Shown: positions 40,372-50,660, counted from the first letter of the stretch. The stretch: 64,000 nt of DNA from Bacilli bacterium (GCA_045597865.1 JAZLKX010000025.1:128001-192000); one strand, 5' to 3'. Notes: generated from the sequence alone by a model not told the origin. Numbers and translations are program-made.

Positions 40372-40603
40372 AATAATTAAATTAAGAGAACAAGGTTTAT
40401 CTTATACTGAAATTGCTAAAGTATTAGATATGCCACTAGGAAGTGTAAAAACTGTTATATCTAGACTTAGAAATAGGCAACCGGTTCCATGTGTTAAATG
40501 TGTTGAATGTGGATCGCTTTATCCAGCAGAATCAAATTCACTATTTTGCTGCCCTGAATGTAGAGAAAAATGGCTTAAAGAAAATGCACTTATTAACGAT
40601 TAG
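40352..40603 (+). CDS. HTH plus a single zinc-finger module (paralog 3)
   Basis: GLSYTEIAKVLDMPLGSVKTVISR; CVECG..FCCPECREKW; ATG 40352 overlaps the upstream gene. Confidence 0.7.
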   Translation: MKKDTIKIIKLREQGLSYTEIAKVLDMPLGSVKTVISRLRNRQPVPCVKCVECGSLYPAESNSLFCCPECREKWLKENALIND

Positions 40604-40748
40604 TCAATCAGAAGAAAGTTTATGAATCAAAATTAATCGAAAATCAATAAAAATGGACGGGTTTCACTATATTCATCGAAAAATTACGTGTATTCAAAAG
40701 GGGATATGCAATTGTATTAAAATGTACAATTCGTTCCATTTGTAAATT

Positions 40749-40775
40749 ACAGGTTTGATATAAGCCTGTTTTTTT
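40749..40775 (+). terminator. Intrinsic terminator at the islet's right end
   Basis: ACAGG..CCTGT stem followed by a T run. Confidence 0.55.
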
Positions 40776-40800
40776 ATAAAAAAAATGATATTATTTAAAT

Positions 40801-41433
40801 ATGAAACCAAATCCAAATTTAGTATTTCCAATTCCTGGTTATGATAAGGAAACATATATAAAACCAACAATTAAAAATCCAAATATTATTGTTGGAGACT
40901 TTTCGTATTTTGCAGATCAAGATTTTGAAAGTCACGTTACTCATTTTTACCCATGGAGTAAAGACAAACTCATAATTGGAAAGTTTGTTCAAATTGCTTT
41001 TGGAGTTGAATTTATGATGAATGAATGCAACCATCAATTGAATGCTGTTTCAACTTATCCTTTCTTTACAATTCCAGGATGGGACGCATTGCGTCCAGAA
41101 GATAAAGACTGTCCTTATAAAGGCGATACAGTTGTTGGAAATGATGTATGGATTGGCGAAAAAGTTACAATTCTTCCAGGAGTCCACATTGGTGATGGCG
41201 CAATTATTGGAGCTTGTTCTGTAGTTACCAAGGATGTTGAACCATATACTGTTGTTGGTGGAAATCCTGCAAGAGTTATTAGAAAAAGATTTGATGATGA
41301 ACTCATCGAATTATTAGAGAAATTTAAATGGTGGGATAAATCTGTTGATGAAATTAATAGGTTGATTCCAATTTTAACTAATTCAAATCTTGATCAAGTT
41401 AAAAAGTTCATTATTAAAGAAATTGAGAAATAG
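40801..41433 (+). CDS. Vat/CatB-family xenobiotic O-acetyltransferase (streptogramin A acetyltransferase-like)
   Basis: [45 protein letters not shown] hexapeptide repeats, [16 protein letters not shown]. Confidence 0.85.
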   Translation: MKPNPNLVFPIPGYDKETYIKPTIKNPNIIVGDFSYFADQDFESHVTHFYPWSKDKLIIGKFVQIAFGVEFMMNECNHQLNAVSTYPFFTIPGWDALRPEDKDCPYKGDTVVGNDVWIGEKVTILPGVHIGDGAIIGACSVVTKDVEPYTVVGGNPARVIRKRFDDELIELLEKFKWWDKSVDEINRLIPILTNSNLDQVKKFIIKEIEK

Positions 41434-41440
41434 GTTATCT

Positions 41441-42337
41441 ATGAAAAAGAGATTAATTTTAGGAATGCCATTATATGGATTCATCATTGTTGTAGGATTA
41501 TGCCTAATTGGCATTATTGTTGGATCGGTCTGTGATTTCCAAATTAATAGTGCAATTTATAATAAGACCGAGTTTGGAGCATTTTTTGCTACATATGGTT
41601 CTTACTTTTCTTATTGTCTTTATCCTGCAGCTGGTATGTGTATTTTCAAAGGGCTTAAAAAGAAAAATCAAAGTTTCCTTGCTTGGACATTATTGGTAGT
41701 TTCTTATTTCCTTGCAGTTTATTACTCAAATAGTTATAACGGCGCTAAAGTCAGAGAATTATTCCATTATGATGTTGAAAATCCAAATGTTTTAATTTCT
41801 TTATCTGCTTATTTATTCTGGGTAGTTCTTTATGCTTGGGTTCCTGCAGTTTTCTATTTTATTCTTGATGATTCTGATTCAAGAACATTAATTTTTGTTG
41901 GTATTATTATCTTGCTTGCTGGTGTTGTTAGCGATTGTGTTAACCTTTGGTTAAAACAAGTCGCATCAAGACCACGTTTTAAATATTTAATTACATTAGA
42001 AAAACCAATCGATTCATTTAGGAATTGGTGGGAGATGAAGCCATATTTAGCTGGTAGCAATGATAACTTTAAGAGTTGGCCAAGCGGAAATATGACAATT
42101 GCTACAATGATGATGACTCTTCCATTATTGTTGCGCAATTTAAAATGGAAAAATAAATATCTTCCTTTAATAGGTTATTGTGTCGGTTTACTTTTTGTAA
42201 TTCTTTATGGTTACAATCGTATGCACATGGGAAACCACTTTTTAAGTGATGTTTGTTTTGGAGTACTTATTACTTATTTGATTCATTCAATCATTGATTT
42301 TGCATTCTTTTACAAAAATGAAATTGAGAAAAATTAA
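41441..42337 (+). CDS. PAP2-family membrane phosphatase
   Basis: K..ASRPR, SWPSGN (His replaced by Asn), NRMHMGNHFLSDV; multi-TM. Confidence 0.75.
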   Translation: MKKRLILGMPLYGFIIVVGLCLIGIIVGSVCDFQINSAIYNKTEFGAFFATYGSYFSYCLYPAAGMCIFKGLKKKNQSFLAWTLLVVSYFLAVYYSNSYNGAKVRELFHYDVENPNVLISLSAYLFWVVLYAWVPAVFYFILDDSDSRTLIFVGIIILLAGVVSDCVNLWLKQVASRPRFKYLITLEKPIDSFRNWWEMKPYLAGSNDNFKSWPSGNMTIATMMMTLPLLLRNLKWKNKYLPLIGYCVGLLFVILYGYNRMHMGNHFLSDVCFGVLITYLIHSIIDFAFFYKNEIEKN

Positions 42338-42746
42338 TTTATTATTAGCCCTTGCTCCTGCCTTATTTTCAGGGTGTTCAAACAATGGAAAAGACGTTAT
42401 TAAATTTAACGATATTTTTGATTTTGTTAGCGAAATAAAAGTTGATAAAATTCAAACTATTTTTGTGACTAAAGGATACATCGGTGTTGCACCAGATATT
42501 GAGCCTTTTTATAAAAAATCCACAGAAAATCCCCAAGATTTTGAAAAATTTGTATCTTGGATTAATGATTCAATTTTGTCAGAAACGTCATATGATTTAG
42601 TGGGTGGAAGTTATACTGAAATTGACTTCGAATTAGTGAATGATTCTGATATAAAAATAAGGATCAATAACAACACAGTTTGTGATGATAAAAATGGTGA
42701 TTTAAAATTCTACAAATTCGATTTAAATATTCCAGAAATACAATAA
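42318..42746 (+). CDS. Hypothetical lipoprotein
   Basis: MKLRK..LFSGC lipobox; followed by a hairpin at 42755-42783. Confidence 0.65.
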   Translation: MKLRKINLLLALAPALFSGCSNNGKDVIKFNDIFDFVSEIKVDKIQTIFVTKGYIGVAPDIEPFYKKSTENPQDFEKFVSWINDSILSETSYDLVGGSYTEIDFELVNDSDIKIRINNNTVCDDKNGDLKFYKFDLNIPEIQ

Positions 42747-42810
42747 ATAGCATGAGTCGTTGAGATTAATCTCTACGACTTTTATTTATATTTTGCTAAA
42801 ATAATAAAGT

Positions 42811-43425
42811 ATGACCGAGAAACAAAGAAAGAGTATTAAAGCATTTCATACCGTTGCTATAGGTGAAATTCTTGCCTGTTTTGGCTTATTAGTAGAATTA
42901 GGTTTTTTAACTCCATGGCTTAATTTTGCTGCCCTAGTTGCACTTGTTGGAATTGTTGTTATGCTTGTTGGAGTTATAAAGCTTCGCAAAACCAATAAAT
43001 TTTTTGTTATTTCTTTTATTGCTGTTCTTTCTACTTTAGTAGTTTCACTTGCGTTTGGAGTAGTGGATGCAGTTTTGCAAGCCAATAATCTTACAGAAAG
43101 CAAAGATACAATAAACACTATTCAACAAATTATTTCTAAAGTAATTTCATTTGTTTATACTTTTGGTCTTGTTAGAGGTTGTGCTTTAGCAGCAACAGGA
43201 AAATCAAAATCAAAGTTTGGCACGCACATGATTCTTGTTAATGGTGGCGGTAAAGTTATTTCTATTGCTCTTAGTATTATCAGTGGAATGTTCCTTGAAG
43301 GTAATCCAGTTGCAAGTGGAGTTTTATCAATTGTTTCTACAGTTATTTCAGTTATTGTTGAACTTTACTTCTGTGTCTTCTTATATAGAACATATTTAAA
43401 AGCTAAAGCGAAATATTCTGATTAA
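42811..43425 (+). CDS. Hypothetical 6-TM membrane protein
   Basis: Six hydrophobic segments; TGnTAAAAT 8 nt upstream. Confidence 0.7.
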   Translation: MTEKQRKSIKAFHTVAIGEILACFGLLVELGFLTPWLNFAALVALVGIVVMLVGVIKLRKTNKFFVISFIAVLSTLVVSLAFGVVDAVLQANNLTESKDTINTIQQIISKVISFVYTFGLVRGCALAATGKSKSKFGTHMILVNGGGKVISIALSIISGMFLEGNPVASGVLSIVSTVISVIVELYFCVFLYRTYLKAKAKYSD

Positions 43426-43541
43426 TACAGGTTTACCTGTATTTTAATTAAAAAAGAGCACTTCTGTTGCTCTTTTAATTTATTAATTATTGTTTTATAA
43501 TTTATATAGAGATTGTTTATAAAATAAGGAGACACTATATT

Positions 43542-46277
43542 ATGAACAAAAGATTATTATCATTACTTACTCTTCCTTTGATTTTTTCATTGGGAGGATG
43601 TGGCGAAAAACCTCATGAACATACATTTTCAGAAGATTGGTCTCACAACGAAACATCACATTGGCATGCCGCTACATGTGAACACAGTGATTTAAAAGCA
43701 AATGAAGCAGATCATACTGGTGGTGAAGCAACATATACACACGGCAAGATTTGTGATGTCTGTGGATTTGAATACACTGCTCCAAAAGAAAAAGACGTTG
43801 ATTTAATTGGAAAGCTTTACTATTACAATGGTAAAAGTAGTGAACTAATCTTTGATAGAGACACAACCGAAAACGATTTTAATAATGTTTTTGGACAATT
43901 TTATCAATCATTTACTCAAGTCAAATTAAGTGTTGCAGAAATTCTTTCTTCTTACAAAGTAGCAAAACATGAATTTAAAGTATTAAATGAAGATCAAACA
44001 AAGTTTGAAGATGAAGAAACTGAAAAGGTTAGACTCTTTGGAGGCAAAGAAATTAAAACCTATGGAGTTAACGTTAAAGACGAATATAAACTTTGTGAAT
44101 TTGGTTTCGATCCAGACAAAGAAGATGTCTACCATTTCTATAGTGAAAACCTTGAAAAACCAGGAGAAGTTGAAATCTTTAAGCTTGTTGATAAAGACTT
44201 CCTTTCAGGACACACTAAGAATGCAACAGTTTATGATGATGGATTTACATTAGAAAATAACGAAGTTAAATTCACATTTGTTATTCAACTTACTCTTGAA
44301 GATGTTATTTATAAAGCCTCATTTAATATGTATCTTGCAAGCGAAGAAAAGCAGGAGGTTAGAATTACTAAACAACCAGAAGATGTTGAAATCTGTGCAC
44401 CAGATGGATTTAAATTTGAAGTTCAAGTTGATCACCCAGAACTTGTTAGAGGTTACCAATGGTACGGCGGTGGTTTTAATGAAGCAGGTGAACCTGCATC
44501 ATTCTCTCCAATTCTTGGTACAGCAGCAAAGAAAGCTGTTTTTGAAGTTCCAAACACAGGCTCCAAAACTGGCCGACAAGCATATAAATGCTTAATTACA
44601 ACTGATGACTCCCAATTCTTCTCTGATGTTGGTGTTTTAAATATTAGTGAATCATTAGATGAAGTTCCAGCATTCATGGTTCTTGATTATGCGGTTAGAC
44701 CAGGTTCATCCTTAAACCTTGAAGACACTCCATATGGAACAGGCGAAATCAGATACAGTGGCAGTGGTAACGAAATTGCATTTGATAATGTACATTTCAA
44801 TAATGCTAACATTGAATCTGCTCTTGAAAATATCGCATTTGATTTAACTTCATGGAATAACATTGTTAAAAATGTTAACATCAAGTTTATCGGCACAAAC
44901 ATTATTAATAATGTTTATTGGGAAGAAGATCATAACCAAGGTGGTTTTGGATTCTTCATGCACTATGGTGGACAATCATTTATCCCAACAATTACATTTA
45001 CTGGTGATCCAGTCACAATTATTGGTGGCACAAGAGCTATTTCAGTTAATGCTCATTTAGTAATTGAAAACGAAGTTAACTGTGTCGGAATTCCTCATAG
45101 ATTAACCCATGGAATTTATGCATATGATATTACTGTAAAATCAGGCGCTGCAATCACCGGAAACATTGGTGGTTCAATCTTATACACAACTCATGCAGAA
45201 GCAAATGTGTGGGGCGATATCAAAATTGAAGAAGGTGCCAGAGTTGATGCAATTATTAATCCAGGACATGTTAGCGAAGGCGACACCCAATTATTCGGAA
45301 TGCTTGCCATCAATGATTTAATTATTGATGGTGCAGAAGTTAATATGACAATCTCACCAGATTACGAATATTTCCGTTCTTCAGACCATGCAATAGCACC
45401 AATTATTGGAATGTATTCTCAAGAACATTTAATCAAGATTACAAAATCAAATGTTAATATCAATGCTATTTGTCAAAATGTTCCTTCTGAAGGTGATATT
45501 TTCCCTCTTGTTGCTTGCGCTGAAGGCATTTCTGCTCCAAACATTCAAATTTTAGATAATTCAAATATCAATGTGTACATTGATTCTAAAGCATTTAACC
45601 AAGTTTGTGGCATTTATGGCATTGTCATTAATCTCTTTAATAGTGACGTTGATGTTCATGCTCATGGTGCTTACTTTGTTAGCGGAATTAATGCTGTTTT
45701 AAAAAGAACAATTCAAGTAAATAATCTTGAAGAACAATACATTGGCAAATGTTATGGTACTGATCATTTTGATTATGCAAATCCATTAACCGCAAGTTTT
45801 GAAGAAATTGGTTCTCAAGCTGAAGGAATTTTAATGGATCCAGGAGATTTTGTTTCAACCATCAAAATCAACGAAGGCAGAACTAGAGTCTACGCAAAAG
45901 CAGACACATTTATTACAGGTGAACCAAGCAATATTCCAACTTATGTTGATGCTGGAATGAGAGCTAAAGACTTTAAGATTACTTTAAATGGAGCAAGCTC
46001 CATTGAAGTTGATACCGAAGGAATGGCAGCAATCGTTCTTACTTATGATCATATTCAAGACTATCGTGAACCAGTTGCAGATTATGAATCAGTTTATCTT
46101 GAACAAATTCTTGATGTATTTGCATCTGATGTAACTTATTACGTAAATCAAGGTTCTTATGAATCGTACTCAGAATTTGAAGAACCAAAACATTTCTACG
46201 TTGCATATGAGTCATTGTTCTCTGATAACTCTGGCGAAACTTTCTTAGAACACATTAAGTTATCTCACAAGAATTAA
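43542..46277 (+). CDS. Large lipoprotein with a His/Cys module, an Ig-like domain and a beta-helix-like C-terminus
   Basis: Lipobox LGGC; HEHTFSEDW..HWHAATCEH..CDVCG; ITKQPED..YQWY..YKC (Ig-like); G/I/N-rich repetitive strands. Confidence 0.75.
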   Translation: MNKRLLSLLTLPLIFSLGGCGEKPHEHTFSEDWSHNETSHWHAATCEHSDLKANEADHTGGEATYTHGKICDVCGFEYTAPKEKDVDLIGKLYYYNGKSSELIFDRDTTENDFNNVFGQFYQSFTQVKLSVAEILSSYKVAKHEFKVLNEDQTKFEDEETEKVRLFGGKEIKTYGVNVKDEYKLCEFGFDPDKEDVYHFYSENLEKPGEVEIFKLVDKDFLSGHTKNATVYDDGFTLENNEVKFTFVIQLTLEDVIYKASFNMYLASEEKQEVRITKQPEDVEICAPDGFKFEVQVDHPELVRGYQWYGGGFNEAGEPASFSPILGTAAKKAVFEVPNTGSKTGRQAYKCLITTDDSQFFSDVGVLNISESLDEVPAFMVLDYAVRPGSSLNLEDTPYGTGEIRYSGSGNEIAFDNVHFNNANIESALENIAFDLTSWNNIVKNVNIKFIGTNIINNVYWEEDHNQGGFGFFMHYGGQSFIPTITFTGDPVTIIGGTRAISVNAHLVIENEVNCVGIPHRLTHGIYAYDITVKSGAAITGNIGGSILYTTHAEANVWGDIKIEEGARVDAIINPGHVSEGDTQLFGMLAINDLIIDGAEVNMTISPDYEYFRSSDHAIAPIIGMYSQEHLIKITKSNVNINAICQNVPSEGDIFPLVACAEGISAPNIQILDNSNINVYIDSKAFNQVCGIYGIVINLFNSDVDVHAHGAYFVSGINAVLKRTIQVNNLEEQYIGKCYGTDHFDYANPLTASFEEIGSQAEGILMDPGDFVSTIKINEGRTRVYAKADTFITGEPSNIPTYVDAGMRAKDFKITLNGASSIEVDTEGMAAIVLTYDHIQDYREPVADYESVYLEQILDVFASDVTYYVNQGSYESYSEFEEPKHFYVAYESLFSDNSGETFLEHIKLSHKN

Positions 46278-46288
46278 AGGAGAAAATT

Positions 46289-47380
46289 ATGGCTAAACAA
46301 AAGAAGCTAACAAAGAAAGTTCAACGCCAATTAGACTTATTGTCTAAATACTACGAAATTGATAGCGAAAATCGTTTGATTAATATTGAACTCCATTACG
46401 AAAAGGCAAGTGAACTTTTTGAAATGGATGTAGTCACCAAAGGTACTCCTAAATTTAAAAGAGAAATCTTAGCAAGAATATCAGAACTCTTAGAGTCTGT
46501 TCCAGAAGGCTACAAAGTAGATTTCTCCATTAAAGTTGATGATTATGAAGGAGTTAAAGTTAATAACATTTTAGAGTCATTTAAAGATCAACTTGAGATG
46601 TTTAATTTCCAAATTTACAAAGTAAAATCTGGAAGAATGCTCACTGCAGTCATCTTAGCTCTTGTTTCAGTTGGCATTCTTTTTGTAAGACAATTCTTAC
46701 TTAATCAAGAAATACTTGATGACTCTATATTGCTCACTGAAATGCTTGATATTACCGCGTGGGTTTTCCTTTGGGAAGGTGTTTCAACTCTCTTCCTCAG
46801 AAGTGATGAATATAGAGATGTTTCATTTAGAATTATTGACCATATTAAATCCTTTGCTTTAATTGATAAGTCAAATAAAGTAGTCGCAAGGATGGACAAG
46901 GAACAAATTAAAAAGGATTGGGTTAACGTTTCTCGTAGAGAAAAGAACGCAAGAAAGATGCTTCTTATTGCAGGCGCACTATCCTTTGCATCAGGCGTTG
47001 TAACAATTTTTGATATGATTCCAGAATTCTTTGCAGAGCAAACAAATTATTTAACATTTATGATTTCTGCAGTTGCTCAAATTGTGGTTGGTGTTATCGG
47101 AATTATTGGTGGTATTGGTGCTTGTTCACTTTATTGTGAATCTGGTAAATTCCAAAAAGCTGTTCCAGTTGTTTCCTACATTTATTTAATCTTAGATCTT
47201 GCTGTTGCAGGCATTGTTGGCTATGCAATTGCAAGTGAAGGTTTAAATGCTAAAGACATAATCGCTGTGTCTATTGCAGTTGCAATTTCTTTAGGCGCTT
47301 CAATTTTGTATTTTGTCTCTTATATGTTGCTAGTAAAAGCGGGCAAAGAAAACGGTGACGAGGACGTCTATAAATTATAG
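46289..47380 (+). CDS. Hypothetical membrane protein
   Basis: Soluble N-terminus, TM pair with EMLDITAWVFLWE, four more TMs; SD AAGGAG. Confidence 0.7.
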   Translation: MAKQKKLTKKVQRQLDLLSKYYEIDSENRLINIELHYEKASELFEMDVVTKGTPKFKREILARISELLESVPEGYKVDFSIKVDDYEGVKVNNILESFKDQLEMFNFQIYKVKSGRMLTAVILALVSVGILFVRQFLLNQEILDDSILLTEMLDITAWVFLWEGVSTLFLRSDEYRDVSFRIIDHIKSFALIDKSNKVVARMDKEQIKKDWVNVSRREKNARKMLLIAGALSFASGVVTIFDMIPEFFAEQTNYLTFMISAVAQIVVGVIGIIGGIGACSLYCESGKFQKAVPVVSYIYLILDLAVAGIVGYAIASEGLNAKDIIAVSIAVAISLGASILYFVSYMLLVKAGKENGDEDVYKL

Positions 47381-47396
47381 ACTTTAATCTTTGATT

Positions 47397-47425
47397 AAAA
47401 AAGACGCTTATTCAGCGTCTTTTTT
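47397..47425. terminator. Bidirectional terminator overlapping the stop of the convergent gene
   Basis: AAAAAAGACGCT-TATTC-AGCGTCTTTTTT. Confidence 0.75.
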
Positions 47426-47932
47426 ATTTTCTTCACTAGCTTTCTTTGCTTCTAATTCGGCTTTCTTTTTTGCTTCATTAGCTTCGTCTTCAGCAATTGC
47501 TTTTTTGATGTCTTCTACGTAACCTGGAACTGGTTTGAAGTAGTGGTAAATTCCTTGGAACATGTAGACACAAGCAACGTAGATGAGCGCAGCGCCTAAC
47601 ATTATATTTGTTGTTGCGCCATCTGGATTTTTAACAAGGCAGATTATATCGTATGTGATCATGTAGAATGCTAAGACAAGAATTGCGATTTTATCTGGAA
47701 GGAAGTTTCTTGCTCTTCTTCTCTTTGAGAAGCAGAACCAGATAAAGTCACCAATTCCAAAACCACATCCAGCAAGAGTAATGTAGTTAAAAATTAGTCT
47801 TCTTTTTTCGTCATAACCAATGACTTGAGTCATTTTTAAAATACCTAAAACAAGGAACACAATTGAAAATATAATTAATTCAATTGAGTATGCAAGGTAC
47901 GATTTTTGTTCAGCACTTAGTTTCTTTTTCAT
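47408..47932 (-). CDS. Hypothetical 4-TM membrane protein
   Basis: Four TMs and a charged C-terminal tail. Confidence 0.7.
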   Translation of the reverse strand: MKKKLSAEQKSYLAYSIELIIFSIVFLVLGILKMTQVIGYDEKRRLIFNYITLAGCGFGIGDFIWFCFSKRRRARNFLPDKIAILVLAFYMITYDIICLVKNPDGATTNIMLGAALIYVACVYMFQGIYHYFKPVPGYVEDIKKAIAEDEANEAKKKAELEAKKASEENKKDAE

Positions 47933-48053
47933 ATGGCTTATATCATATTTGAGAAGACAATAATTCGCAAGGAATTAATTATTTGTGTTATGTATTCAAT
48001 TTTGTATTGTAAAACAATAAAAAATTGATATAATATAATTGTGAGGTATTATT

Positions 48054-49082
48054 ATGATTACATTAACTGAAACTACAAGCCCATCCCAACCAGTAATTAT
48101 TGGCATTATTATTGCCTTAGTAGTATTACTGATTTTAAGTGCATATTTCTCACTTACTGAAACTGCATTTACTTCCTTAAACAAGCTCAGAATTGAGAAT
48201 CTTGCTAAAAAATCAAGATCAGCAAGAATGGTTCTTAAACTCTCACAACATTATGAAAGAGTTTTATCAACAATTCTTATTGGTAACAATATTGTAAATA
48301 TTGCTGCTTCAGTTTTAGCAACAGTTTTGTTTGTTAATTATTTGGGAGACATCGGCCCAACAATTGCAACAATAGTGGTCACAATTGTAGTTTTAATTTT
48401 TGGTGAAGTTACTCCAAAATCACTCGCAAAAGAAAGACCAGAATGGTTTGCAAGAGTTGCAGTTTATCCACTTTGTTTCTTCTACATCTTATTTTGGCCA
48501 ATCGGAATGCTTCTAACTGGAATTCAAAAATTAGTGAAAAAGATGTTTCATCTTAAAAAGAAAGAACCAGTTTATACAGAAGAAGAATTCTCCATGCTTG
48601 TTGAAGATATGAATGAAGCGAAAGTTTTAAATGATATCGAAGAAGATATTATCCAAAATACAATTGAATATGGTGATACAAAGGTTGAAGAAATTATGAC
48701 TCCTGCTAAAGAAGTTGATTTTGTCTGGATTAAAGATGATTTTGAAACCATTTGTAAAAAATTTGTTGAAACAAATAGATCAAGAATGGTTGTTTGCAAA
48801 AAGAAAAATCTTAACTCTGCTTGCGGAGTTATACATGGAAAAGACTTATTTGAGCTCATGGTAAAAGGCGATAAGAACATTTCAAAAATCATTATGGATG
48901 AAGATGACATTGTTGTCGTTAAACCTGGTAAGAAAATTTCTAGATGTTTCAAACTTTTACAAAGTAAACATCAACATTTAGCGATCGTTAAAGAAGAAAA
49001 AGAAGTTCTTGGCATTGTTACAATGGAAGACATTTTAGAAGAACTTGTCGGTGAAATCAGAGACGAAAACGATGAGGATTAA
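48054..49082 (+). CDS. CNNM/DUF21-CBS (HlyC/CorC family) protein
   Basis: LSAYFSLTETAF, ILIGNNIVN, FGEVTPKS, CBS pair, GIVTMEDILEELVGEIRDE; no CorC_HlyC C-terminal domain. Confidence 0.9.
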   Translation: MITLTETTSPSQPVIIGIIIALVVLLILSAYFSLTETAFTSLNKLRIENLAKKSRSARMVLKLSQHYERVLSTILIGNNIVNIAASVLATVLFVNYLGDIGPTIATIVVTIVVLIFGEVTPKSLAKERPEWFARVAVYPLCFFYILFWPIGMLLTGIQKLVKKMFHLKKKEPVYTEEEFSMLVEDMNEAKVLNDIEEDIIQNTIEYGDTKVEEIMTPAKEVDFVWIKDDFETICKKFVETNRSRMVVCKKKNLNSACGVIHGKDLFELMVKGDKNISKIIMDEDDIVVVKPGKKISRCFKLLQSKHQHLAIVKEEKEVLGIVTMEDILEELVGEIRDENDED

Positions 49083-49118
49083 TTGACTTTTGCTATTCTT
49101 ATAGTATTATTTTCCAGT

Positions 49119-49700
49119 ATGAAAAATACCAACGTTAGAAGAATTACAGGCGTCGCGATATTACTCGCTGTTTTAATCGTTCTTCAAACAATTGGTAATT
49201 ACGTTGCTGTTTTTGGTATTAGCATTAATTTAGCATTAGTTCCTATTGCTGTTGGTGCCATTGTTTATGGTCCACTAGCAGGTGCTTTTTTAGGCTTGTG
49301 CAATGGTGCAATTATTCTTGCGTCTCCATCAACTCAAGCTTTATATTTTCAATATTCTCCTGTAGGAACAGTATTTACTTGCTTACTTAAAGCCACAATT
49401 GCAGGCTTAATCGCAGGACTTATTTTTAAGGCTATGAAAAAGAACCACAGCAAAGCTGGTGGTGTTCTTTCTGCTATTTTGGTTCCAATTATTAACACAG
49501 GTTTATTTGTAACATTTTGTTTCACAATTATGAGAGCAGCAATCGATGCTCAAGCAGCTGGACAAACCGCAATTTCTATTGTTTTTTCTGTTCCAGTATT
49601 TGCAAACTTTGCATTTGAACTTGGATCAATGATTATACTTTCTCCAGCAATTATAAAAATTTACAAAATCATGACGAGGACTGATAAACATGCACTATAA
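49119..49700 (+). CDS. ECF transporter S component
   Basis: VPIAVGAIVYGPLAGAFLG, INTGLF; about 6 TM; promoter TTGACT-16-TATTAT directly upstream. Confidence 0.75.
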   Translation: MKNTNVRRITGVAILLAVLIVLQTIGNYVAVFGISINLALVPIAVGAIVYGPLAGAFLGLCNGAIILASPSTQALYFQYSPVGTVFTCLLKATIAGLIAGLIFKAMKKNHSKAGGVLSAILVPIINTGLFVTFCFTIMRAAIDAQAAGQTAISIVFSVPVFANFAFELGSMIILSPAIIKIYKIMTRTDKHAL

Positions 49701-49944
49701 ACATAACAACAGAATGACTTGCTCTAGCTCAGTAGAATTTGATATTAATGGTGATATAATCACCAATATCTCATTTTGTGGTGGTTGCAACGGAAACTTA
49801 AAAGCAATCGCAAAACTATGTGAAGGAATGAGTGTCTCTGAAATTGAAGCAAAACTTAAAGGCAATACTTGTGGTCCTAGACCAACTAGTTGTGCAGACC
49901 AATTTGCAATTGCTGTTAGAGAAGCTTACGAGAAAAGTAAATAA
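49690..49944 (+). CDS. TIGR03905-family TSCPD-domain protein
   Basis: TCS..F..GGCNGNLKAI..L.EGM..L.G..CG.RPTSCADQ. Confidence 0.85.
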   Translation: MHYKHNNRMTCSSSVEFDINGDIITNISFCGGCNGNLKAIAKLCEGMSVSEIEAKLKGNTCGPRPTSCADQFAIAVREAYEKSK

Positions 49945-49955
49945 TACTTTGTATT

Positions 49956-49985
49956 AAAAAAAGAACTTCAAGCGAAGTTCTTTTT
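49956..49985. terminator. Bidirectional intrinsic terminator
   Basis: AAAAAAAGAACTTC-AAGC-GAAGTTCTTTTT. Confidence 0.8.
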
Positions 49986-49988
49986 CTT

Positions 49989-50660
49989 TTATTTTGTAAC
50001 CTTTGTGAATTCGTTTACTGCGATTGCACCAAGTGAGTTTCCTATCGTTGCAAGTGCTAGGTTAAGAATTAACCACGGGCTTAGATCATTGAGTGCAAAA
50101 GAGAAGTAGAACATATTTGCGACACAGTGATCAAATCCTAAATAAACAAATAATGCAATTGGAATTAATATTCCAATAACTTTTAATACTGGATGTTTGA
50201 ACTTCTTAAAGAAGAAGACAGCGGTGTAGACTAAAACACCACAAAGTAGAGCTCCACCAAGATTAGTGAAGATTCCTTCTGCAGTATTTAATGTAGAAGT
50301 TTTATTTACTGCAATTGCTTTAGCAGTGTTATAAATTGGTTCAACATTTCTAAAGATTAAAAAGCAGATTGAACCAAATAAAACTGCTCCAACAAAGTTG
50401 CCTAAATACATTATTAATAATGTAAGTGGGTACTTTTCTCCTTTTTTGTCTAGAAGGAAGCCAATTTTTCCAGTGAATAAGTTAAATCCAAGGAAGCAGA
50501 CTAAACAAAGACCAACAGGAAATAAAGCACTTCCTAAGAGTTTCCCGATTATGGAAACATCTCCTGAAATGTAGGTTTTAACGATGATGTTTAATAAGCC
50601 TCCTAGCGCAATAGATGCACCAGCGACGATTCCTAATAAAAAGTTCTTCGTTTTACTCAT
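49989..50660 (-). CDS. Formate/nitrite transporter (FNT) family
   Basis: AGASIALG, FPVGL, NLFTG, GNFVG, GFDHCVANM, GNSLG. Confidence 0.88.
   Translation of the reverse strand: MSKTKNFLLGIVAGASIALGGLLNIIVKTYISGDVSIIGKLLGSALFPVGLCLVCFLGFNLFTGKIGFLLDKKGEKYPLTLLIMYLGNFVGAVLFGSICFLIFRNVEPIYNTAKAIAVNKTSTLNTAEGIFTNLGGALLCGVLVYTAVFFFKKFKHPVLKVIGILIPIALFVYLGFDHCVANMFYFSFALNDLSPWLILNLALATIGNSLGAIAVNEFTKVTK

Larger units (their letters stand above)
35890..40780. mobile_element. tRNA-adjacent defence islet, probably a remnant of an integrative element (boundaries approximate)
   Basis: XRE, MTase, two HNH nucleases, HTH-zinc-finger/SHOCT genes directly 3' of a tRNA; no integrase or att repeat seen. Confidence 0.55.

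Noticed and set aside
35860-40800. attL/attR duplication of the tRNA-Thr 3' end, or an integrase
   Set aside because: No second copy of the tRNA 3' end and no recombinase ORF found by eye, so the islet is called a remnant with approximate ends
49083-49118. Riboswitch upstream of the ECF S component
   Set aside because: Only 36 nt, fully taken up by a promoter; no room for an aptamer
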